Part shown: piece after piece, positions 25,388 through 34,003 of the stretch
How the letters are laid out: each line of letters opens with the position of its first letter
How positions within the stretch are numbered: position 1 is the stretch's first letter
IMG/VR virus record: IMGVR_UViG_3300048576_000022
Coordinates: 1 to 39,782 of that record
DNA: 39,782 bases
Source: a virus
Lineage: Duplodnaviria; Caudoviricetes
Reading direction: 5' to 3' (one strand)
The notes under the pieces: generated by a model
Seen by the model: only the letters and a program-made list of their open reading frames with translations
Told to the model about the DNA's origin: nothing
Database searches by the model: none
Position numbers and translations under genes: made by a program

Positions 25388-27217
25388 TTAGGCTGCTTGT
25401 TGTTCCTGTTTTTTCTCACTGTCGGTTTTGTATTCTGCTGCTGGGTCCGGGAGGAGTTCGGCAATGATTGCGAATGTGCATTGCATGTTGGCGCAGTCTC
25501 GGGCGTGATCGTTCTTGGTCTCCTTCCAGTATGTGCGTGCGAATCCTGTGCGTTTATCGTAATCAACAACCTTGACGCGTGCCGCCATCTGCGCGGCCAG
25601 CTCAGCGGCCATTTCGTCATTCTCGTTGTGACGCTCAACCCAGCGCCCGGAGTCGATCAAGGTTTGAACGGCTCCGTTTAGCGCGTGCTTCGAGAACCGA
25701 AGGAACGGGCAATACTTGCGGCCTTCGCCAGATTTGCCAGCCTCTGGGTCAGCCTTTTCCAGTGGAGCGTAAGAGCGGTTGACGCGGCGGTTATGCTTTA
25801 AGACGTGCGTGTATCCAAGCTGCTTGTCGCCCTTCATGGCTAGCCATCCGTTGCGAACACACATCGCATAGACGCCCCTGTCTCCCTTGGCCTCAAATGC
25901 CGAATCCACAGCGACCCTATTATTAGGAACTTTGAACCGAGTTACAAGTTCCTTTATTCCATCTTCTCCGAAAACCTCGCCAAACCACAGCCCCCTTGTT
26001 TCATTCTCTGACCATGCGCGGATCATTCCCCAGTATCGGCCCTCTGATTGTTTATCAAACGTCGCGAACCGCATCCGCTCTTCCGGCCACTCGGAATTGA
26101 TCTCGTAAACCTCACGGTGGAGATTGAGCCCGAGGCGGAGCAGGGAAGCCTCGTCGCGATTCATTGCGCGGCGCTTCTGGTAGAATGCGAGCTTTGGTTT
26201 TAAGCCCCCGCGCCGTGCTGCATTGTCTGCTTCCAGCCACAGCTTGACTATCTCCTCCCACGGGTCAGCGATGATGCATTCCCAGTGAAACGTTTTGCGC
26301 TTAGGGTTGTCCTCGCCGTACGCTTTGTAGTCGCCGCAACGGTTCCACTCGGCTTTCGTTTTCGGGCAATCGAGCACGGGCTTTCCGCAGTGTGGGCATT
26401 CAAATCGGACGGTCTCCAAACAACGCGGGATGTTCCAGTCTCCATTAGCCAGCTTGTGGTGGTCCCAGGTGATGCCCCAAAATGAATTGTCTGCGCGTTG
26501 TCCGGAGAAAACCGGCTCGTATCGTTGTCCGCAGTGCAAGCATGCGGTTTCCCATTCGTGACGCTGGCCGGATTCGCAAGCGCGATTCCATCCGCATTTG
26601 TCAATCTCAACGCCCGGCGCCGGGCCTCCCTGGGAGATGCGGACGATTTTACTGCGGTCCTCGCGCTGGTAGTCACCGATACGCCCCTCAGCCTCCGTCA
26701 TGATTGCCTGATACAGCCAGCACTCGTCCATGACTAGGTGCATGACGCCCTTGGTTTGAAGGTTGTTTACTGACGGGCCATAGACCCACAGGTTATTGCC
26801 GTCCGCAAATTCAATGACTCGCTTCGATACGTCGTAACGCCCGAGGTTGGCCAGCATCTGCTTAATGCTCGGAACGCTTTGAAGCGTCGGCATTAAAATG
26901 TTTTGGAAATGCTCATCTGCTACCGGGTCGGTCTGGAGCAGGAAAAGGGTAGGGCCTGGATTGTTCTCGCGAGCCCACGCGATGTAAATGTCAGCCATCA
27001 GTGTGCCGCCGCCGCGAACGGGCTTCAATATGTTCACCTCGCGGACGCGGTCGCTTTGCAGTGCTTCGAGCGGCTTGATGAAATGGCGGGAGCGGTCAAC
27101 GTCGAAAGGACCGGTGATTGTGAGTGGCGGCTGGAGATCTGTGTTATAGCGTGACCATTCGTAGATCGGTCGGAGGTCACGGCGGCGGAATGAGGATTCC
27201 CAGGCGGAGCGGATCAT
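25388..27217 (-). CDS. Terminase large subunit (lambda gpA family)
   Basis: ILKPVRGGGT (deviant Walker A), HLVMDE (Walker B), CLHC/CPHC Zn motifs, TFDKQ, AVDSAF, NDHARDC nuclease motifs. Confidence 0.9.
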   Translation of the reverse strand: MIRSAWESSFRRRDLRPIYEWSRYNTDLQPPLTITGPFDVDRSRHFIKPLEALQSDRVREVNILKPVRGGGTLMADIYIAWARENNPGPTLFLLQTDPVADEHFQNILMPTLQSVPSIKQMLANLGRYDVSKRVIEFADGNNLWVYGPSVNNLQTKGVMHLVMDECWLYQAIMTEAEGRIGDYQREDRSKIVRISQGGPAPGVEIDKCGWNRACESGQRHEWETACLHCGQRYEPVFSGQRADNSFWGITWDHHKLANGDWNIPRCLETVRFECPHCGKPVLDCPKTKAEWNRCGDYKAYGEDNPKRKTFHWECIIADPWEEIVKLWLEADNAARRGGLKPKLAFYQKRRAMNRDEASLLRLGLNLHREVYEINSEWPEERMRFATFDKQSEGRYWGMIRAWSENETRGLWFGEVFGEDGIKELVTRFKVPNNRVAVDSAFEAKGDRGVYAMCVRNGWLAMKGDKQLGYTHVLKHNRRVNRSYAPLEKADPEAGKSGEGRKYCPFLRFSKHALNGAVQTLIDSGRWVERHNENDEMAAELAAQMAARVKVVDYDKRTGFARTYWKETKNDHARDCANMQCTFAIIAELLPDPAAEYKTDSEKKQEQQAA

Positions 27218-27696
27218 TCCGGAAACTCCTTCGAAAGTTTTCTAAACTCGATCATAAGCTGATCGTATAATCTGCGACCATAGACGCGGGCCTGCGGAAC
27301 GTCAAGACCAGCGACGGCTGACGGGTATTCGTTCACAAGTTTTGCTTCTGCAATCTGTGAGACTTGAGATAGAGCGCGTTGAATGGCTGCGACGATTTCG
27401 ACTTTTAGCACGCTTTTCCCCTGGCGCTCGTCATTGATGATTTTGAGCTTGCGGACTTCCTCGCGGTACTTCGGTCCTTTGGATTTAAAAAACTCCTCGT
27501 CTGTCATTCCGTCCTCGCTTGCGGTTGCGTGTTCTGCGATCCACTCGATAAGCTCGGATTCTCGGACGCGACCACCAGCCTTGAACGCTGGGCAGCCAGC
27601 TTTTTTAGCCGCGCTAATGATTGCTGAACTGATTTCCAGGGCTCCGGCGGCTTGGCCGATGCTCTCGAATAGGCGGTCTTTATCTGGTTTGCTCAT
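27214..27696 (-). CDS. Terminase small subunit (Nu1-like)
   Basis: Winged-HTH pattern SIGQAAGALEIS...KAGCPAF..GGRV...LIEWI plus coiled coil; ATGA-coupled to the large subunit. Confidence 0.8.
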   Translation of the reverse strand: MSKPDKDRLFESIGQAAGALEISSAIISAAKKAGCPAFKAGGRVRESELIEWIAEHATASEDGMTDEEFFKSKGPKYREEVRKLKIINDERQGKSVLKVEIVAAIQRALSQVSQIAEAKLVNEYPSAVAGLDVPQARVYGRRLYDQLMIEFRKLSKEFPE

Positions 27697-27811
27697 AGTG
27701 AATGGTTATGCATCATGTGTGCTTAAAGTTTTTTGACCCCGCGTGGCTTAATGACGCGGTGCATCGGTAACCAGTTTCCCGTATGGCTAAAAGATTCCTT
27801 TAACGTTATGC

Positions 27812-27879
27812 GGCAATTTTTGCCTACCGGCAGAATTTGCCTAGTGAATATTAATGCGTTACTAGGCAATTTTTGCCTA
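27812..27879. repeat. Three palindromic GGCA-N5-TGCCTA boxes upstream of the small terminase (candidate packaging or late-control sites)
   Basis: ggcaatttttgcctac 27812-27827, ggcagaatttgcctag 27829-27844, taggcaatttttgccta 27863-27879. Confidence 0.7.
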
Positions 27880-28134
27880 CCTCTCCTTTGCGCGCATTTG
27901 CCCCAGGATGCGTCGCAGCATCGTTCGGCATAGATTTACCATCCTCCCTTCCTTAGCCTGCTCAGCGGCCACGCTGCGCACAGTGGATAACGCTTGCTTG
28001 ATGCTGTTGACCTTGTCCATTTGCGCGGCGAGTTCACGCTCCAGCACTTCAATAGCTGCATTAGCTCCACTTGTTGCCAGTGTCGCAACCTGGTTCGGCT
28101 CATTGCTACCGGTGCATAACATGCTCTTATCCAC
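27877..28134 (-). CDS. Hypothetical coiled-coil protein
   Basis: 85-aa ORF, last gene of the early/middle operon. Confidence 0.55.
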   Translation of the reverse strand: MDKSMLCTGSNEPNQVATLATSGANAAIEVLERELAAQMDKVNSIKQALSTVRSVAAEQAKEGRMVNLCRTMLRRILGQMRAKER

Positions 28135-28150
28135 AGCATGCGGGCAGCGC

Positions 28151-28369
28151 TTATTGCCGCAGATCCGGCATGTTTCGAAGCATTGCGTCTGCGTGCATCC
28201 ATTTTATCCTGGCCTCAACTTCGATCTGCCATCGGAAGTGTCCAGCAATTCCGCCTTCGTACGGATACTTTACGCCTGTGATTTCTTCGCAGGCTTGAAC
28301 CGATAGCCCTTGGAGGTCATACGACGAAGCAAACTGCGCTCGCAACAGTTCGATCTGTTCTGCTGTCAT
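28151..28369 (-). CDS. Hypothetical phage protein
   Basis: R..FA...EARIKWMHADAML pattern; ATGA-coupled. Confidence 0.6.
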   Translation of the reverse strand: MTAEQIELLRAQFASSYDLQGLSVQACEEITGVKYPYEGGIAGHFRWQIEVEARIKWMHADAMLRNMPDLRQ

Positions 28370-28983
28370 ACCTTCCTCCTCCTTAAATTCCAGTCCTCAA
28401 CCTGTGTCTCCACAACCACGCTCTCACCCCTGATCATGCGTGAGGTGATGCGGGTGTCGATTTTTTGCAGGTGCTCCATGCCCAGGTTGCTGGTAATCAC
28501 CGTCCATTTTCGACACCTGGAGTCGAGTAAATCGTAGAGTTTCTCATTCGCAAAATCAGATCCGCTTTCCGTTCCGATGTCGTCAATCACCACAAAAGGA
28601 GTTTCGCTAATACTGATTATCTCCCCGCGCTGGCCGTCTCTGAGCCGGTTGAGGTATTTCAACCATGAGACAAAGCGCGAATCACCAATGGTTGTCAGGT
28701 TTCCGATAATCCCGTTTACGTGCTTCCACCTTCCGCGAGCCCGCCAGAATTCCAAGATCTTTTTCGCGAGGTGCGTTTTCCCCGACCCGCTCCTGCCCAA
28801 CAGCGTAAGCCACCTCGGCGACTCATCAAGCAGAATTCCTGTGGAGAACCGCTTTGCAGCAGTCAGCATGCGGTCGATGTCCTTGTGATCGTTTACCAAC
28901 CCCCAATCGTACGCATCGGCTTTCGGGTCGATTGTGACAGACGGGCGATTGGTGAGCAGGCTGTTGATTGTGGTTGTGATCAT
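28366..28983 (-). CDS. DnaC/IstB-like AAA+ helicase loader
   Basis: GRSGSGKT Walker A, VVIDDIG Walker B, TVITSN, RITSRM. Confidence 0.9.
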   Translation of the reverse strand: MITTTINSLLTNRPSVTIDPKADAYDWGLVNDHKDIDRMLTAAKRFSTGILLDESPRWLTLLGRSGSGKTHLAKKILEFWRARGRWKHVNGIIGNLTTIGDSRFVSWLKYLNRLRDGQRGEIISISETPFVVIDDIGTESGSDFANEKLYDLLDSRCRKWTVITSNLGMEHLQKIDTRITSRMIRGESVVVETQVEDWNLRRRKV

Positions 28984-29528
28984 TGGCACACCTCTGTTTC
29001 TACCTGCTCTCCAATAATCGGAGCGCTTCCTTTGTATGTCGCTCGAAGAAATCTCCAATATCCTGACGCATGTATCGCGTTGCAAAGCTCAGCGTCGGCC
29101 TTGGTGGTGTGAAGCACAGGCGCCTTTCGAACACGCAATAGCCGCACATTAAACGGCGCTGCGCGGCCCTGGCGTTCGGTCGCGGTGTAGTATCCAGCCC
29201 ATTCGGGAATCTCGTTGTCTGTGATCAGTCCTAACGGGAATACGAAGTAGAACTGCTTTGGTCCACGGGAGTCGCGAGAAGCAAGCAAATCGTGCTTCTT
29301 TTCTATCTCGAATGTATGCGTTTCTCTGTTCCACTCGCGCGTTGACTTTTCTCGGTCTGCAAAAAAATCAGACCTGCTAACCTTGATTTCGTACTCCCTC
29401 AGGAAACCAGCCTTGGTAAGCTCGGCAACGTCGCACTCCCACCAGTTATTCGGAGTGAATCTCGGCATGACAGTCGATCTTCCCATTAGGTCAAACACCA
29501 GTCTCCTGGTGATGTCGTCGGCTGTCAT
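28980..29528 (-). CDS. PD-(D/E)XK nuclease-like protein (MmcB-like)
   Basis: ECDV...EYEIKVSRSDFFAD, FYFVFP.GL...EIPEWAG. Confidence 0.75.
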   Translation of the reverse strand: MTADDITRRLVFDLMGRSTVMPRFTPNNWWECDVAELTKAGFLREYEIKVSRSDFFADREKSTREWNRETHTFEIEKKHDLLASRDSRGPKQFYFVFPLGLITDNEIPEWAGYYTATERQGRAAPFNVRLLRVRKAPVLHTTKADAELCNAIHASGYWRFLRATYKGSAPIIGEQVETEVCQ

Positions 29529-29890
29529 GGGCACACCTCATCAAGCCACTTTTGGCAGGTATCGCAGCGGTGCGGCTTCTTGACTTCGAGCCCCATTTCT
29601 TTGAGCCATTTTAAGAACGCCTCTTCAGCTTTGATTTGGGCCTCTTCTTGGGACTGGCATAGCAGCATACTCAATGCGCCCCCGCAGTCTGTCCAATTTT
29701 CTCCAGCAGCATTAGTAAGTGTTGTGAAAAGTTCGACACCATAAGACTCGATAGTTGTCCAAAAAACCTCTTTCCCGTTAATGCGGCCAGAGAAAGCCAG
29801 CGGTGCTGATTGCTTCCAATTAATGTTTCCCGCAGTCTGCATATGCTCCTTCCGTTCCTGAGTTGAGGTTGTTGTTTCGGTTGTCTCCAT
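29525..29890 (-). CDS. Hypothetical protein (start uncertain: 29890 or 29842)
   Basis: Overlaps the 3' end of the initiator gene; its stop overlaps the next start. Confidence 0.5.
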   Translation of the reverse strand: METTETTTSTQERKEHMQTAGNINWKQSAPLAFSGRINGKEVFWTTIESYGVELFTTLTNAAGENWTDCGGALSMLLCQSQEEAQIKAEEAFLKWLKEMGLEVKKPHRCDTCQKWLDEVCP

Positions 29891-30698
29891 CTCGTTTCCA
29901 TGTTTTTGGGTCATCGTTGTATCGCTCCTGCCCGAACCACGTCGCCGGGTGCGGGACAAATTGAGGGTCTGTTCCTTTAACCGCATCGCTGTAAGCCCTG
30001 GTTAACTCCAGGAGCTTTCCGCCGTCGATCTTCGATAGGGCGCGCCGGATCTTAACCAGAGCCGCAGGACGGCCTACCTTGCGAGGATAAGCGGCGTAAA
30101 TCTCCTCGATGAGTTTCCCTATTTGCGGCTTCGATTCCTGGACTTCTAGCGCCAGGTCTTTTTGAGCCGGTTTTTCATGCTTAGCGTCAACTATACTTTG
30201 CTCTTTTTTGGCAGACACGTGCGGTTGAAAACCGCACATCACTGTAGTACATGCTTCTGCCTCTGCCTCTGCCTCTGCTTGGGCTAAACAAAGTTTAACA
30301 TGTTTAACATGTCTAACATCGGTGTGTTGACTTCGCTTTTTGCGCATGTAATCCCGCATGTATCCCCGCATGTAATCGCGCCGCTGCTCCTCGTCTCTCA
30401 TGTTCCGGTAGGTCAGGTAATTGACAAGCCGGTATCCGCGCCCGCAATCGGATTCGACCACGCGCCGCCCTTCCATCTCCGGGCTGTTGCTGTCCGCGTC
30501 GGGTGCCATTAGCGCTTGTAGGGCTTCAAGGAATTCGTCAGGGCTCACGTTCAATCGGCGGGCTATGGCGACATCCGTCCCGATCACATGGCCCTGAGGA
30601 TCGGCAATAGCGAGCAGTCCGACGAATACCCAGCGAGTCATGACGGGTTGCTCCATGAGGCTGGATTCTGTGATGCGGGAAAAGAGTTTGGCGAACAT
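29820..30698 (-). CDS. Phage replication initiator/replisome organizer
   Basis: MFAKLFSRITESSL winged-helix N-terminus, AEAEAEAE linker, YPRKVG and PHPATWFGQERYND C-terminal motifs; upstream of the DnaC-like gene. Confidence 0.82.
   Translation of the reverse strand: MFAKLFSRITESSLMEQPVMTRWVFVGLLAIADPQGHVIGTDVAIARRLNVSPDEFLEALQALMAPDADSNSPEMEGRRVVESDCGRGYRLVNYLTYRNMRDEEQRRDYMRGYMRDYMRKKRSQHTDVRHVKHVKLCLAQAEAEAEAEACTTVMCGFQPHVSAKKEQSIVDAKHEKPAQKDLALEVQESKPQIGKLIEEIYAAYPRKVGRPAALVKIRRALSKIDGGKLLELTRAYSDAVKGTDPQFVPHPATWFGQERYNDDPKTWKRDGDNRNNNLNSGTEGAYADCGKH
30255..30378. repeat. Short repeats inside the initiator gene (candidate origin iterons)
   Basis: gtttaacat-gtttaacat-gtctaacat 30293-30319; three 12-bp-spaced cgcatgta units 30343-30378; tctgcc repeats 30256-30278. 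Confidence 0.55.
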
Positions 30699-30703
30699 AA
30701 TCT

Positions 30704-30919
30704 CTAATAATACGGCCCAATACTCGGTGTTGCGTGAGCCATCGTGTTTCTGTGGTTACGGTAGAACGGGCCTCTAAGTTTTTTGGGTCTGCTCTTCGCT
30801 CTGCATTTCCGGCACTTTACGCCATCGAACTCAACGCGGTCTTTGTCGAGAAAACTGCATAGGCAGTGCCCGGTGATGCCTTCGCACTCCGGGCACTTTG
30901 TCGTCAGATACGCACTCAC
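30704..30919 (-). CDS. Small Cys-rich (Zn-binding) protein
   Basis: CPEC..HCLC..CRKC; overlaps the upstream stop. Confidence 0.5.
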   Translation of the reverse strand: MSAYLTTKCPECEGITGHCLCSFLDKDRVEFDGVKCRKCRAKSRPKKLRGPFYRNHRNTMAHATPSIGPYY

Positions 30920-31320
30920 AGGCTGGCGACCGCGACCCAGGCGTCTGATTGAACCTTCTTTGCTGGATCAGCTCGGAACGCATCCCAGTCAGGAAGCGGC
31001 TTTCCGTCAAACGCCTTTCCGCCAACGTTGGCGCAATAGGCTTCGTAAAGCACCTTTGCACGGGCCTCTTTGTTCTTAAGCGCGGTGAAGTGGACATAAA
31101 ACTCCTGTCCCTCGTAGATCTTGCCGTGCAGATTAGGGTTTGTGATGCACAGCTTCAGCTCTCCGCTGGGTGTGTAACGCGAGAACGTATTGTCTTCGTT
31201 CTCCCCGTTTGGTCCGAACGGCTTATTGCCGCAAACCGGCATCATTACGACGTGCTGCATTGGTGTTGTTTGGTTTGACTCAACACACGTTACTCTCATT
31301 TTTGCTGTCATTAGGTGCAT
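30916..31320 (-). CDS. Hypothetical phage protein (two-part)
   Basis: AKMRV...EDNTFSRYTPSGELKLCITNP...GQEFYVHFT OB-like part plus YEAYC..VGGKAFDGKPLPDW part. Confidence 0.7.
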   Translation of the reverse strand: MHLMTAKMRVTCVESNQTTPMQHVVMMPVCGNKPFGPNGENEDNTFSRYTPSGELKLCITNPNLHGKIYEGQEFYVHFTALKNKEARAKVLYEAYCANVGGKAFDGKPLPDWDAFRADPAKKVQSDAWVAVASL

Positions 31321-31359
31321 ACTGTTTTTCTGTAAGTCCGCCTTACTGGGGCGGCAAAT

Positions 31360-31392
31360 TTAAGTGATCCGGGAAAATAGTTTGGCGAACAT
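31360..31392 (-). pseudogene. 10-codon duplicate of the replication initiator start (MFAKLFSRIT*)
   Basis: ATGTTCGCCAAACTATTTTCCCGGATCACT vs ATGTTCGCCAAACTCTTTTCCCGCATCACA at 30698: three synonymous differences. Confidence 0.8.
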
Positions 31393-31401
31393 AAGAACGG
31401 C

Positions 31402-32177
31402 TTAAATACCACTCAACGTTTCCCATGCGAGCTTAACCACTGCTGGAACTTGTCCGTTTCCAATGGCTTTAAGGCGGTCCAATTGATCGGCCACCCCATC
31501 AGCCACTCTGTCCAATCCGGATTCATCCATTTTACGGTTACGGGCGCACGCATATTCTCTGAGGTTTCTGCAACCCCCGCCGTGCCCAGGAGAGAACCCT
31601 GCTTCAATTTCTCTGATTCGCGTTTCATTAGGTTTCATTACTCCATCCATCTTCGTTGGTGTTGGCCAGTAGGAACATTCTTTCGCGTGAGTGTGAGAAA
31701 CCAACGGAGCAAGCCGAAAAAACTCCCCATTTCGCATCATACCCCATCTCGGCAAAAGCACACGTGACGCTGATAAGTCCGCTTTGCAAGCAGCGGTGAG
31801 TTTTCAACGAGCGCAAAACGGGGTCGTATCTCATCAATAATTCTTCGCATCTCCCACCAGAGACCAGATCTTGAGCCTTCGAGCCCAGCGGCTCTTGAGT
31901 TTGCCGCACTAATGTCCTGACAAGGAAATCCTCCGCACACGACATCGACTTTTCCTCGCCATGGTCGCCCGTCGAATGTTCGAACGTCATCCCAGATTGG
32001 GAATTTTGGCAGGATTCCGTCTCGCTGACGTTGCAACAGGACTCTTCGGCAGTAAGGTTCAATCTCGACAGCACATACTGTGGTATGTCCGAGAAGGATT
32101 CCGCCGAGGATTCCGCCTCCTGCCCCGGCGAACAGGTGCAGCTCTCGGAGTGGTCTGTTAGGTAATGATACATCCAT
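31402..32177 (-). CDS. C5 cytosine DNA methyltransferase locus with overlapping alpha/beta frames, split into four ORFs (frameshifted; possibly a pseudogene)
   Basis: LFAGAGG, GGFPCQD, ENSP in 31737-32177; MGYDAKW..HSRERMF in 31628-32173; WPTPT and RLKAIGNGQVP in 31402-31740; MNPDWTEWLMGWP in 31413-31628. Confidence 0.85.
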
Positions 32178-32185
32178 AAGACTTT

Positions 32186-32869
32186 CTAAAGTGCCAAGAC
32201 CTCCTGCCGCAACCGCCTGGCCGCGATCTCACAGTAACGCTCTTCCAGCTCAATACCGATTGCGCGGCGTCGCAGGTCTTTCGCGGCTCGGATCGTGGCT
32301 CCAGAGCCCATGAATGGGTCGAGAATGGTTTGAGGATTATCGGCTAGCGAAATACACCATGCCATAAGCGCGACCGGCTTTTGTGTTGGGTGCAAAACCT
32401 TTTCTCCAACTTCACTGTCTCGCTGGTATCCGATCCATAAATGATGAAACATCCTTACTGACTTGAATTTTACACCACTGCACCAACAGAGTTCACAGTC
32501 TCCAAGGCTGCAATCTGCACCTCGATTGTCGCGCTTATCCCACGCGAGCCATGAGTATTTATCAGGAAGCCTACTCGCGTAGTTTTGAGCGCCCCAAAGC
32601 ATTAGTTGCGACGATACGCCAAGTAAAAACGCAGGGTCAAAAGGCTGATCGTCTCCATGAATTGACGGAAGGTGCTTTCTTGAATTCCACCCGTGCCTGC
32701 GCTTATCAAGCATGTCCGTTCTTATCCTTGTCTCAGCGTAATCAGTATCTAACCCAATGCCATACGGCGGATCAGTCAGCACAAGATCCACCTTCGGCAG
32801 CGTCGGCAGGATCTCGCGGCAGTCGCCGTGATAAATCGTGCAGTAGTCGTCCTGATAGTATGGCTTCAT
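32186..32869 (-). CDS. N6-adenine/N4-cytosine DNA methyltransferase (beta class)
   Basis: TDPPYG, HPTQKPV, ILDPFMGSG, IGIELEERYC. Confidence 0.93.
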   Translation of the reverse strand: MKPYYQDDYCTIYHGDCREILPTLPKVDLVLTDPPYGIGLDTDYAETRIRTDMLDKRRHGWNSRKHLPSIHGDDQPFDPAFLLGVSSQLMLWGAQNYASRLPDKYSWLAWDKRDNRGADCSLGDCELCWCSGVKFKSVRMFHHLWIGYQRDSEVGEKVLHPTQKPVALMAWCISLADNPQTILDPFMGSGATIRAAKDLRRRAIGIELEERYCEIAARRLRQEVLAL

Positions 32870-32871
32870 GC

Positions 32872-33165
32872 TCAAAACGGCACATCGTCATCGTTGCAAG
32901 GTTTGCTGGCTGGCCTCTCCTGCGCCGGTGGTCTCTCAGACTTGACCTGTCCTTTCCTCCTATCCGCGCTGACCTGATCCTCGAAGCGCAGGGAGGTGAA
33001 ATCTCCGCTGTTGCCCTGCCGAGTCCAGCCGGAGATTGCAAAAGCCGACTCCTTCTGGCAGCACGGGCAGGTGATTGCAGCCTTACCGCGAAAGTCCGCC
33101 TGATTGGTTCCGGGCTGCTTGTATTTATTGGCGCCTAAAGTGCCGCTGTTTGGGTAATTGCTCAT
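32872..33165 (-). CDS. Small ssDNA-binding-like protein with Zn-ribbon insert
   Basis: NSGTL...ADFRG...ISGW...SLRF, acidic tail DDDVPF; CPCC insert. Confidence 0.6.
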   Translation of the reverse strand: MSNYPNSGTLGANKYKQPGTNQADFRGKAAITCPCCQKESAFAISGWTRQGNSGDFTSLRFEDQVSADRRKGQVKSERPPAQERPASKPCNDDDVPF

Positions 33166-33575
33166 AAATCAAGATACTTTTCTCGATCTTCCTCATCGCG
33201 AATCGCGAACTGGTGGACGCGCACAGCGAGGTCAATGATGTCGTCAAGCTCGGAGTCAATCAGCGTCAAGTTGTGCTCGCTTGACATGTGAGACCACAGC
33301 TCAAATCGGGCATCGCTAAAGGATTTGCTTTCGAGTTTGCTGTTCCTCGCGCATCTCTCGATCTCGATTGCGATTCGACCCTTAATTGTCTCAACGTTGT
33401 TGACGGGGCTGTCTTGTGCCATTGATGGCACTCGGGACGCGATATCGGCGGCTAAAAGTTCAATGTTCATTGGTGGTTTCTTGGACATGCGGAAGGATAA
33501 ACCTGTTGATGAACTCGACGCGCTCCAGAAATTAATTGTGCTGTCGCACCAGTCTATTTTTGTTTTTTCACTCAT
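33162..33575 (-). CDS. Hypothetical protein whose first ~18 aa resemble a Gp37/Gp68 (DUF5131) N-terminus; alternative start 33488
   Basis: MSEKTKIDWCDSTINFWS, but no following GC..SPGC..CYA radical-SAM motif. Confidence 0.55.
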   Translation of the reverse strand: MSEKTKIDWCDSTINFWSASSSSTGLSFRMSKKPPMNIELLAADIASRVPSMAQDSPVNNVETIKGRIAIEIERCARNSKLESKSFSDARFELWSHMSSEHNLTLIDSELDDIIDLAVRVHQFAIRDEEDREKYLDL

Positions 33576-33733
33576 GATTGCCTTAATTTTTTGCACTCTG
33601 TTTTAGCCGCGTGGCACATTCCGCCAAACCGCTTACACTCAACCGGACGGTAGACTACGTGCTTAGTGAAACCGTCTTTGACGCACTCGGTAAATTGAAC
33701 GCGAAACGATTTTATTTTTGCTTTTTCACTCAC
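33572..33733 (-). CDS. 53-aa basic Cys-containing protein
   Basis: GTG start, MSEKAKIKSFRVQFTEC...; fills the gap; TGA overlaps the next ATG. Confidence 0.45.
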   Translation of the reverse strand: MSEKAKIKSFRVQFTECVKDGFTKHVVYRPVECKRFGGMCHAAKTECKKLRQS

Positions 33734-33736
33734 AAT

Positions 33737-34003
33737 TTATCCTTTCAGCGCCTTGATCCTCTCAGCCTTTTTGCTCTCGATAATCAGATGTGCTTCAGGG
33801 GTCAGCTCCCAGACGCCAAGCTCCGTGTCGAACTTAAGCGGAACCTGGACCTCGACAGTCTCCACAACGAAGCCGTCTTGACCTGGAACATAGACGGTGT
33901 AGGGGATGACTTTATGTTTTGCCTGTCCGTCGCGATCTAGCCTCCACGTTTCTAAATGCCTCGCAGCCTCCTCCAAAACCGCGTTTCGTTCTTCGTTTGT
34001 CAT
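33737..34003 (-). CDS. Hypothetical protein, possibly an HTH-less antitoxin-like domain
   Basis: YVPGQDG.VVETVEVQVP...D...GVWELTPEAHLIIESKKA; ATGA-coupled start at 34003. Confidence 0.6.
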   Translation of the reverse strand: MTNEERNAVLEEAARHLETWRLDRDGQAKHKVIPYTVYVPGQDGFVVETVEVQVPLKFDTELGVWELTPEAHLIIESKKAERIKALKG

